Shown: piece by piece, positions 31,298-39,281 of the stretch
How positions within the stretch are numbered: position 1 is the first letter of the stretch
Layout of the letters: each line of letters opens with the position of its first letter
Assembly (NCBI GenBank): GCA_028715605.1
Contig: JAQURM010000006.1
Location: 59,589 to 123,588, forward strand
Length of the DNA: 64,000 nt
Reading direction: 5' to 3'
Source: Desulfovibrionales bacterium
GTDB lineage: Bacteria; Desulfobacterota; QYQD01
Notes under the pieces: generated by a model
What the model saw: the letters and a program-made list of their open reading frames with translations, nothing else
Database searches by the model: none
What the model was told of the DNA's origin: nothing
Translations under genes and position numbers: made by a program

Positions 31298-32212
31298 ATG
31301 GATATTTCAATCATTATCGTCAACTGGAACACGAAAGACCTGCTACGAAACTGCCTGAATTCCATCTACGGGAAAGTACAAGGTATCGCCCTTGAGATCA
31401 TCGTGATTGACAATGCTTCTCATGATGGAAGTGTGGCCATGCTGCGTGAGGAGTTTCCGCAGGTTACGATTATCGAAAACAACACCAACCGGGGTTTCGG
31501 GGCGGCCAATAACCAGGCTTTTGGTATTATGAAGGGTCGATATGCATTGTTGCTGAATACAGATACAGTTTTAAAAGAACATGCCGTTTATGAACTATTT
31601 TCTTTCATGGAGGTCCATCCGGATGCGGCCATGGCCTGCGGACAGCTTTTAAACGCCGATGGGAGCAAACAAAACTCAATCGCCAATTTCCCCGATCTAT
31701 TAACACTTTTTCTTAATACCCCTCTCCTCGAATACCTGTTTCCAAAGCGCTATCCCAGCAAGCGATATGATTATAAGGGGCCGGTTGAGGTTGATTCAGG
31801 GATCGGGGCCTGCCTTCTGGTGCGGAAGCAGGCCATAGACGAAGTTGGAATGTTCGATGAGCGCTACTTTTTCTTTTTTGAAGAGACGGACTGGGCGTTA
31901 CAGATGAAGACCGCCGGTTGGAAGATTTACCATGTCCCTTCAGCCCGTATTTATCATCTCCAGGGACAAAGCATCGGCCGGAATGTTCGTTCCCGGATCG
32001 AATTTTACCGTTCCCGATACCAATTCTTTAAGAAATGGAAAAGCCGTAGCTATTACCAGATTATTTTTTTCGTTATCTTCATACGTACGATCATAAATTG
32101 GTTATTAACTTCTCTTGGAAATCTGGCTATGCTTTTTACAAATAAAAATTTAAGGAATAAATGGGTAGTCAATTCAAAGCTTATACTCTGGCACTTAAAC
32201 GGTCGCCCCTGA
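31298..32212 (+). CDS. Glycosyltransferase family 2
   Basis: SIIIVNWNT...VIDNASHDGS. Confidence 0.8.
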   Translation: MDISIIIVNWNTKDLLRNCLNSIYGKVQGIALEIIVIDNASHDGSVAMLREEFPQVTIIENNTNRGFGAANNQAFGIMKGRYALLLNTDTVLKEHAVYELFSFMEVHPDAAMACGQLLNADGSKQNSIANFPDLLTLFLNTPLLEYLFPKRYPSKRYDYKGPVEVDSGIGACLLVRKQAIDEVGMFDERYFFFFEETDWALQMKTAGWKIYHVPSARIYHLQGQSIGRNVRSRIEFYRSRYQFFKKWKSRSYYQIIFFVIFIRTIINWLLTSLGNLAMLFTNKNLRNKWVVNSKLILWHLNGRP

Positions 32213-32220
32213 GTGGATAG

Positions 32221-33315
32221 ATGTTTATTAAAGGTCAACCTCTTCAAAAAAGAGATACAGAAAATATTCTCATCATACAACTGGGTGATATTGGTGATGT
32301 AGTCTGGGTTACCCCGACCTTATGGGCCGTCAAAGAAAAATATCCGGACGCAAAAGTATCTATTCTTGTGTGGGAAGGTTTTGGAACACTTTTAGCGGAA
32401 GATCCGTCCCTCCATAAGATATTTGAGGTCAGGCGTTATAAAGGAAGCTTCTTTAAAAAAGCCATCGAGCAAATACGCTTTATAAGAGGCTTGCGTAAGG
32501 AACATTTTGACCTTGTCTTTGATCTACGGGCCGGGGATCGGGGAGCCATAATGGCCTATATTACAGGCGCCCCGGTGAGAGTGTCCATGTTTTACTGTGA
32601 AGTACCGTTCTGGCGGAATATGTTATTTACCCATGTAGTCGATCCCCCGGTACCAACAAAAAAAACACTGGGAGCTGCAGAACAATCCCTCCGTATTGTG
32701 AGAGAATTAGGCATCGATACGGAAAATACCGTTCCCAAATTGTGGGTTTCTGAAAATGTTAAAGAACAGGTGCATAAGCTTCTCGACGGTGAGGGACTTT
32801 TTGGCATTAATCAACGATGGATTACATTAAATCCCTTTTCCAGGTGGCAATATAAAGAATGGAGTCATGATAAATGGGTCCAGGTCATCGACTGGATATG
32901 GGATAGACACGGCTTTCCAGCCGTCATCGTGGGCTCCCATGAGGAGAAAAATAAGGCCTTTGAATTGGTTAAAAAATGCCGGGGAAGAGTATTTAATCTT
33001 GCCGGCCAGACTACGTTGAGTGAGTTAGCCGGAGTATTAGCCCTGAGTTTTTTACATATAGGGGTAGACAGCGCGGCTCCTCATATAGCTGCGGCTGTGG
33101 GCACTCCCACCATAACCATCTATGGTCCCTCAGACTGGAGGGACTGGGCACCTCCGGGCGACGATCACCGTGTCGTCACTCCCGATGACGACTGCGCGCC
33201 CTGTCATCAGAAAGGCTGTGATTCTACGGGGTGGAGTAGATGCCTTCATAACTTAGAAACGGATAAGGTACAAAGAGCTATTCAAGAGATGATGGATATA
33301 TTAACGCCGAGGTAG
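32221..33315 (+). CDS. Glycosyltransferase family 9 (LPS heptosyltransferase) with a C-terminal Cys-rich tail
   Basis: GDIGDVVWVTPTL and the GT9 C-terminal domain. C-terminal CAPCHQKGC. Confidence 0.75.
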   Translation: MFIKGQPLQKRDTENILIIQLGDIGDVVWVTPTLWAVKEKYPDAKVSILVWEGFGTLLAEDPSLHKIFEVRRYKGSFFKKAIEQIRFIRGLRKEHFDLVFDLRAGDRGAIMAYITGAPVRVSMFYCEVPFWRNMLFTHVVDPPVPTKKTLGAAEQSLRIVRELGIDTENTVPKLWVSENVKEQVHKLLDGEGLFGINQRWITLNPFSRWQYKEWSHDKWVQVIDWIWDRHGFPAVIVGSHEEKNKAFELVKKCRGRVFNLAGQTTLSELAGVLALSFLHIGVDSAAPHIAAAVGTPTITIYGPSDWRDWAPPGDDHRVVTPDDDCAPCHQKGCDSTGWSRCLHNLETDKVQRAIQEMMDILTPR

Positions 33316-33377
33316 TATCTCTGAGTATAAAACACACATGTCGACACGTCGGCACAAGGAACAATGAAAATGTCATT

Positions 33378-33450
33378 CCTGCCCCGTGTGTCATTCCTGC
33401 GAAAGCAGGAATCCAGAAACTAAAACCCTGGATTCCGTGTCAAGCACGGA
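33378..33450. repeat. Palindromic repeat family D (gtcattcctgcgaaagcaggaatccag ... cacggaatgac)
   Basis: Nested inverted repeats. Related to 9400-9525. Confidence 0.6.
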
Positions 33451-33469
33451 ATGACAGATAATATGATTG

Positions 33470-33637
33470 TTATTCAATCTTTTTGGCCTCGTCAATCAAC
33501 ATGACAGGTATATCGTCCTTGATTTCATAAAGAAGCTTACACTTATCACAGATCAATCCATCCTTGGCCTCGTTCAATCTGACATTGCCCTTGCATTTAG
33601 GACAAGCCAGAATATCTAAAAGTTCCTTGTTGATCAT
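33470..33637 (-). CDS. ycaR: Trm112/YcaR-family small zinc-ribbon protein (UPF0434). Not in the supplied ORF track.
   Basis: My own translation gives 55 aa: MINKELLDILACPKCKGNVRLNEAKDGLICDKCKLLYEIKDDIPVMLIDEAKKIE. It contains the CPxC...CxxC motif. It sits downstream of waaC and lpxK as it does in E. coli. Confidence 0.7.
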   Translation of the reverse strand: MINKELLDILACPKCKGNVRLNEAKDGLICDKCKLLYEIKDDIPVMLIDEAKKIE

Positions 33638-33699
33638 GATAACTCCTTAATCGGACGCAGATTTGCGTTGAATTTATTATAATCTCCCTAACTATATTT

Positions 33700-34746
33700 T
33701 CAGTCCTTTGGCGATAGGTTGATCCTGTTCCATATCGCCTGCAAAACCTCTTCCACCTCGATTGTATTCATGCATCTCGGATCAGTACACTTTTTTTTGA
33801 AGCAGGGACTACAGGGCAGTTCCTTGCGAATAACCACATGACCATCCCCGAATGGCCCGGTTCTCCAGGGGGCGGTGGGGCCAAAAAGGGATACTACCGA
33901 CGTCCCTACGGCAGCCGCAATGTGCATGGGTCCGGTGTCTGTCGTCACCATCACCCGACTGAGGCTATAGAGATAAGCCAGCTCCCTTAAGTTGGTTCGT
34001 CCGCAAAGATTAACCGCCCTCTCCTGCATATGTTCCATAATTGACTGAATCGCAGCGTCATCTTCTCTGCCGCCGGTAAAAATAACCGGGAGCTTAAGTT
34101 CCTTTATACAATGATCAGCCAGCAGGGCAAACCTTTTTTTATCCCAGAGTTTGCTGTCCCACTTGGCCACAGGATTTATGGCTATAAAAGGCCCCTCGAT
34201 CCTCTCTCTTTCCAGTATTCGCGTTACAGACTCTTTATCAGCACTCGAAACAGGAATCGGAAAGTAATAACCATTTGGCTGCGCCCCCAGATATTTTGCC
34301 AGATTCATGTAACGCAGAATAGCATGTTCTTCGATATCATAAGGAGGGATTCTTTCATTCAGAAAGATAGAACTCCCCTCATCTCCACTGGCGTAGCCAA
34401 CTTTTCGCTTGCCCCGGGCGAGAAAGATCAACAGTCCGCTCTTTAGAAGGGCGTGCAGGTCGAGAACAACATCGTATTCAGTATCTCTTAGCTCATGAAT
34501 GAAGGATTTTATCTCGCTTATAGCCCTTTTTCTATTACCTGCGTGGCCGAGGGCCTTAAGCCAGCTTTTGCGTTTTGACACAATAAGGCGATCCAGCAAA
34601 GGATGGCCTTCGAGTAAACTGGAGGCGGCTTCCTCTACCAGCCAGGCAATGTGGGCCGAGGGAAATCTCTGGCGCAATGCGTAGAGGACAGGCAGGGAAT
34701 GAACTACGTCGCCGATGGCGCTTAGTTTGACGATGAGGATATTCAT
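33700..34746 (-). CDS. waaC: ADP-heptose:LPS heptosyltransferase I
   Basis: ILIVKLSAIGDVVHSLP...WLVEE matches the WaaC N-terminus. Confidence 0.7.
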   Translation of the reverse strand: MNILIVKLSAIGDVVHSLPVLYALRQRFPSAHIAWLVEEAASSLLEGHPLLDRLIVSKRKSWLKALGHAGNRKRAISEIKSFIHELRDTEYDVVLDLHALLKSGLLIFLARGKRKVGYASGDEGSSIFLNERIPPYDIEEHAILRYMNLAKYLGAQPNGYYFPIPVSSADKESVTRILERERIEGPFIAINPVAKWDSKLWDKKRFALLADHCIKELKLPVIFTGGREDDAAIQSIMEHMQERAVNLCGRTNLRELAYLYSLSRVMVTTDTGPMHIAAAVGTSVVSLFGPTAPWRTGPFGDGHVVIRKELPCSPCFKKKCTDPRCMNTIEVEEVLQAIWNRINLSPKD

Positions 34747-34749
34747 ATC

Positions 34750-34832
34750 TCACCGCAAAGGCGCAAAGACCGCGAAGACAACATATTGTTATCAAAGAAA
34801 AAACTTTGCGTCCTTGGCGGCTCTGCGGTGAA
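34750..34832. repeat. Family A short variant (TIR-only mini-element)
   Basis: tcaccgcaaaggcgcaaagaccgcgaag ... gcgtccttggcggctctgcggtga. Confidence 0.7.
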
Positions 34833-34855
34833 TACTTTCTTATCTTCTTCTTTTA

Positions 34856-35461
34856 TCACTTCAGGTCCTTCTTTGCGTCTTTGCGGTGAGATGATATGTC
34901 CTGGAGTATCCACCGGGCTGCTTCATAAAGGTCTTCGGCCACAAAATCCGGCCTTATAGGACTTGAGTCATCCAGATACATCAACTCACCTCTGCCGTAA
35001 CCGGTCAGCACCAGGATACCTTTGGCCCCGGCATTATGGGCAAGTTCTATGTCCAGGAAGCGGTCGCCTATCACATAAGATCTCGAGAGATCAATAGCCA
35101 GCTCTTGAGCCGCTTTTTTTAACAGGCCGGTTTTGGGCTTGCGACAATCGCAGGCCACCCGGTAAGAAGGAACAACGGCCTCGCGGTGATGCGGGCAGTA
35201 ATAAATCCCATCAAGACGCGCATCCTGTTCTTTCAGGATGTCTATCATCTTGTTATTCACTACACCAATCAACTCCTCCGGGAAATATCCCCGGGCCGGG
35301 CCGGACTGATTGGTAGCCACAACTACCTTTAATCCGCTATTGTTTAAGAGCCTTATGGCCTCAGCGGCACGCGGGAGGATATGAAACCGCGAAAGGTGAT
35401 TAATATATCCCATCTCTTCATTAATGGTCCCATCCCGATCCAGAAAGACGCCGATATTCAA
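34856..35461 (-). CDS. gmhB: D,D-heptose 1,7-bisphosphate phosphatase GmhB
   Basis: HAD-IIIA motif FLDRDGTIN. The last ~10 codons are encoded by a family-A repeat terminus. Confidence 0.8.
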   Translation of the reverse strand: MNIGVFLDRDGTINEEMGYINHLSRFHILPRAAEAIRLLNNSGLKVVVATNQSGPARGYFPEELIGVVNNKMIDILKEQDARLDGIYYCPHHREAVVPSYRVACDCRKPKTGLLKKAAQELAIDLSRSYVIGDRFLDIELAHNAGAKGILVLTGYGRGELMYLDDSSPIRPDFVAEDLYEAARWILQDISSHRKDAKKDLK

Positions 35462-35483
35462 TTTTCATACTCCTCGTAATAGT

Positions 35484-35622
35484 CCACGCGAAAGCGCAAA
35501 GACCGCAAAAAGAATAAAATTTGGAACTCAGGAACTCATGAAAAAATCTTTTATTCCTGATTTTTTGATTTCCAGATTCTCTTTTTTTTTCTTAGCGCGT
35601 TTTGCGTCCTTGTGGTGAGACG
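35484..35622. repeat. MITE-like repeat family A, inverted copy
   Basis: Reverse complement of the 1290-1400 core. Confidence 0.75.
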
Positions 35623-35627
35623 AACGG

Positions 35628-36722
35628 TTACTGTTTCTCCAGCATTTTTAGCGTAGCCTCGTAAACCTCTTTCGTCGTAATCTCTTTCATGCAGCGAAAG
35701 TCTGCCGGACAGACCGTTTTCAGGCAAGGGCTGCAATCTATATCCTTGCGCAGGATCACGGCCCGGTCTGAAAATGGCCCGGTAGTCACCGGATTGGTAG
35801 AGCCGAAGATGGCCACCAGGGGAACATGCAGGGCTGCGGCTACGTGCATCAGGCCTGAATCGTTGGTAATGAAGACCCGGCAACAGGCCATCAAGGCCAT
35901 GGCCTGGCCCAAGGTGGTCTTCCCTGCCATATTGATCACTCGCCCCGATGCCGCGGCTAAGGCCCCCTCCCCTACTTTTCTATCCGCATTAGTCCCAAAA
36001 ATGACTACCCTGGCATCCGCCTGTTTTGTAAGCATCCCGGCCAATTCCACAAAACGTTCCGGCAGCCACCTTTTGGCCGGGCCATAAGAAGCGCCGGGGT
36101 TGATACCGATCAGTTTATTCTCATCTGAAAATCCCCCCTCACCCCCCATTTTTAAAGTGGGAATTAGAGGGAGGAGCGCCTTCCGTGCCCAGGCGATATC
36201 ATCAGGTGCGGGTTTTAAAAAAAGCTGCGGCTTTTGCTCCACCTCCAGGCCCAGGCCTTCCAGCATACGGAGGTAGTAATAGACCTGATGTATCTTCTTT
36301 GTCTCTTTTTTCAGAGGTACGCTATGTGTCAGTAGAAGACTTCGTGCATCCGTATTATAACCGACACGCCTTGGGATGTGCGCCAGATAGGCCAACCAGG
36401 CCGCTTCAAAGGCATTTTGCAGTAGGAAAGCCAGGTCAAAGCCTTCGTCGGCCAATTCCCTGGCCAGACGTGCCTGCCCACGCAAACCCTTGTGGCTATG
36501 CATGCTGTCATAGACAATAATATGATCGATATAGGGATTGGCGGCAAAGACATCTTTGACCCAGGGCTTGGCCAGGATACTTATCTTCGCATGAGGGAAA
36601 TTTTGCCGGATGGTCTTAACCGCCGGAGTGGTTATTATGGCGTCGCCAATCCAGTTGGTGGATCGGATAAGGATATTCTTAATGTTTTTGTCTTGTTTCA
36701 GTTGCATTAGATGCCCATACAC
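35628..36722 (-). CDS. waaF: ADP-heptose:LPS heptosyltransferase II
   Basis: LIRSTNWIGDAIITTP...ILAKPW matches the WaaF N-terminus. It contains a short in-frame G-tract repeat insertion (MGGEGGFSDE). Confidence 0.75.
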   Translation of the reverse strand: MYGHLMQLKQDKNIKNILIRSTNWIGDAIITTPAVKTIRQNFPHAKISILAKPWVKDVFAANPYIDHIIVYDSMHSHKGLRGQARLARELADEGFDLAFLLQNAFEAAWLAYLAHIPRRVGYNTDARSLLLTHSVPLKKETKKIHQVYYYLRMLEGLGLEVEQKPQLFLKPAPDDIAWARKALLPLIPTLKMGGEGGFSDENKLIGINPGASYGPAKRWLPERFVELAGMLTKQADARVVIFGTNADRKVGEGALAAASGRVINMAGKTTLGQAMALMACCRVFITNDSGLMHVAAALHVPLVAIFGSTNPVTTGPFSDRAVILRKDIDCSPCLKTVCPADFRCMKEITTKEVYEATLKMLEKQ

Positions 36723-37927
36723 TCATCAATAAAAGAAGAAAAATCAGATTCAAAGGTAATTTCTGTCCTTAATACTCCGATAGGGATCTTTGCTCCAATC
36801 CGTTTATCAATTTTAACAGCGTCTTTTTCTGTAGTGATTATAAACTCCGCGCCTTTTCTGGCGGCCCTCTCCTCGATCTCTTCCAGGTCACCTCTATGAT
36901 AATCATAGTGGTCACGATAAGCTATAAGATCAACCAGATCAATATCTAAACGAATCAGCATCTTTCTGAAAGACTCGGGATGGGCTATACCACAAAAGGC
37001 AAGGGCCTTCTTTCCTTTTAGTTCTGATAGGTTATGTGATGCCTTTTCATCTGAAAATCCCCCTATATCCCCCTTTTCCAAAGGGGGAATTGATGGGCCC
37101 CCGTCTTTCCCCAAAGGGGGACTTAACGTATCCCCCCCTTTACTAAAGGGGGGTGAGGGGGGATTTTCATTGTCCTTTGTCCGCCCAAGGCGGATGAATG
37201 TTTCGTTCAACAAATAGAAGGAAACCGGTTTGCAATAACTTATAAAAACCGGCCTATCAGGGAATTCTCTATGTAAAAAGAGCCTTAATTTTTCAACGGT
37301 AGATTCAGTGCCTTCCTCCGCATAGGTCAAAATAAAGGCATCCGCACGCTTAAGCGCTGAAAGGGGTTCGCGTAAGGTTCCGGCCGGAAATACCTGCCCA
37401 TTTCCAAAGGGGTTGACGGTCCGGAGAAGGAGGATATTTAGATCTCTGGCCAATCCCAAGTGTTGGTAGCCATCATCAAGTAAAACCACATCAGGGCTAA
37501 AATCTTCTATGGCCCTCATCCCCACCGGAAACCGCTTTTTACCGATAAGAAGCGGGACACCCGGAAGACTGCTGGCCATCATGAACGGCTCATCTCCGGC
37601 CTCATCCGGACCAAGAAGGATGTGCCGGCCGTCAGAGACGACGGATACGGGGCCCTTATTTTTCGCCTTATAACCCCGGCTCACTATGGCAACCCTTTTA
37701 CCCCTGCCTTGCAGGTATCTGGCCAGCCATATAGTCAGGGGCGTCTTTCCCGTGCCCCCCAGTGTCAGGTTGCCGATGCTAATGACCCGGCAGGGCAGAC
37801 TCCGGGTCTTAAAGAGACCAAAGTCATAAAGTTTTGCTCTCAATCTCATGATCTGGCCGTACAGATGGCCAAAGGGTAAGAGTAGAGTTACGAGTTGCGA
37901 GTTTCGGGTTGCGAGTTTTGGGTTCAT
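36707..37927 (-). CDS. lpxK: Tetraacyldisaccharide 4'-kinase LpxK, with an in-frame insertion of about 45 aa
   Basis: GNLTLGGTGKTP Walker A. The ORF is 406 aa against a usual ~330. A low-complexity Pro/Gly stretch is encoded by a palindromic element. Confidence 0.85.
   Translation of the reverse strand: MNPKLATRNSQLVTLLLPFGHLYGQIMRLRAKLYDFGLFKTRSLPCRVISIGNLTLGGTGKTPLTIWLARYLQGRGKRVAIVSRGYKAKNKGPVSVVSDGRHILLGPDEAGDEPFMMASSLPGVPLLIGKKRFPVGMRAIEDFSPDVVLLDDGYQHLGLARDLNILLLRTVNPFGNGQVFPAGTLREPLSALKRADAFILTYAEEGTESTVEKLRLFLHREFPDRPVFISYCKPVSFYLLNETFIRLGRTKDNENPPSPPFSKGGDTLSPPLGKDGGPSIPPLEKGDIGGFSDEKASHNLSELKGKKALAFCGIAHPESFRKMLIRLDIDLVDLIAYRDHYDYHRGDLEEIEERAARKGAEFIITTEKDAVKIDKRIGAKIPIGVLRTEITFESDFSSFIDECMGI
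37052..37169. repeat. G/C-tract palindromic element inserted in-frame in lpxK (gaaaatccccc ... ggggggattttc), with internal CCCCC-N-GGGGG hairpins
   Basis: The terminal inverted repeats are seen directly in the sequence. A shorter cognate lies at 36124-36175 inside waaF. Confidence 0.7.
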
Positions 37928-37933
37928 TAATGC

Positions 37934-39256
37934 TTAATGCCTTGTTCCTTTGAGGTTTGATGTGCGCAGGAAAGTTCCAGAAATAAGGTCAATGGCCTTC
38001 TCCACTGCGCCTCTATTTTCCTCGATAACCTGAAAGGCCCTCTCCCCTGACTTTTGGGCCAAAACATCGTTAGACAGGATAATTTCTAAAATATTTACAA
38101 GTTCGTTTGCACTATTCACCATGTAGCCACCACCCTTCCTTATAAGAGCCGTGGCCGCCTCTTTAAAATCCTCTGTGTGAGGCCCGAATACTACCGGCTT
38201 GGCATGGGCAGCGACCTCCAGGACGTTATGTCCCCGTTCCGGCGCCAGACTGCCGCCGATAAAGGCTACCGTGGCCAGGGCATATAATTTCGAAAGTTCC
38301 CCAAGCGTATCAAGAACAACTATCCGCACCGTGTTACTTTCCGGCAACCCCGGGAGTTCAGTCTTTTTATAGGCATCAAGACCGGCAGATTGGGCCAGCC
38401 CCTTCACATCGTCCGCCCGCCCCGGGTCTCGTGGAGCCAGTAAGAGAAAGAGATCAGGATAAGTAAGAATTAACTTACCATAGGCCGAAAGGATTATCTC
38501 CTCTTCTCCTGCGTGGGTACTGCCGGCGATAAAGACTTTACTTCCAGGAGGTATGTGCAGATTACGTCTTAACTTCCCGGTCTCCTTTTCTCCGACCTGC
38601 ACGCCTTCCTGATCAAATTTCAGGTTACCGATCCTGAATATCTTCCGGGGACTTATGCCAAGCTCTATCATCCTTTCTTCGTCGGCGCGTGACTGCATGG
38701 CAAATTTGTCTATTAAAGAAAAAATAGGGCCAAAAAACAGGCTGAACCTTTTATAATTATTAAAAGAGGCGTCTGATATACGCCCGTTCAGCAGGATAAT
38801 TGGTGTCCCACGGCGTGAAAGGGCGCTCAGCATATTGGGCCACAGGTCGGTCTCAATCAGGACAAAAAGGTCAGGCCTGATGTCTTTAACTACCTGCCGC
38901 ACCGACCAGAACAGGTCGAGGGGATAAGTAATCAGGTAATCGACCATGTCACCGAGTTTTTGCCGTGCGATACCCGCTCCTGTGGCTGTGGAGGTAGAGT
39001 AAATTATCACCCAATCCGGAAATCGCTGCCGTATCTCCCTGACCAAGGCTATTGAAGACATCACCTCACCCACGGACAGGGCGTGAATCCATATCCTGGG
39101 GCCGGAGTCATTTACCGCATCCATGGAAGGGGGGCGTAGCCCCAGCCGGTTTAAAATCCTCTGTCTGTACTTTGGCGTAAAGGCTATTCTAAGCAGGATG
39201 AACGGCAGGAATATAAAGATGAATATTAATTGTAAGACGTTATATAATGTGAACAT
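37934..39256 (-). CDS. waaA: Kdo transferase (3-deoxy-D-manno-octulosonic acid transferase)
   Basis: WIHALSVGEV with the KdtA N-terminal and GT-B C-terminal domains. Confidence 0.85.
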   Translation of the reverse strand: MFTLYNVLQLIFIFIFLPFILLRIAFTPKYRQRILNRLGLRPPSMDAVNDSGPRIWIHALSVGEVMSSIALVREIRQRFPDWVIIYSTSTATGAGIARQKLGDMVDYLITYPLDLFWSVRQVVKDIRPDLFVLIETDLWPNMLSALSRRGTPIILLNGRISDASFNNYKRFSLFFGPIFSLIDKFAMQSRADEERMIELGISPRKIFRIGNLKFDQEGVQVGEKETGKLRRNLHIPPGSKVFIAGSTHAGEEEIILSAYGKLILTYPDLFLLLAPRDPGRADDVKGLAQSAGLDAYKKTELPGLPESNTVRIVVLDTLGELSKLYALATVAFIGGSLAPERGHNVLEVAAHAKPVVFGPHTEDFKEAATALIRKGGGYMVNSANELVNILEIILSNDVLAQKSGERAFQVIEENRGAVEKAIDLISGTFLRTSNLKGTRH

Positions 39257-39281
39257 GTTACAAGCTATCAGCTTTCAGCTA

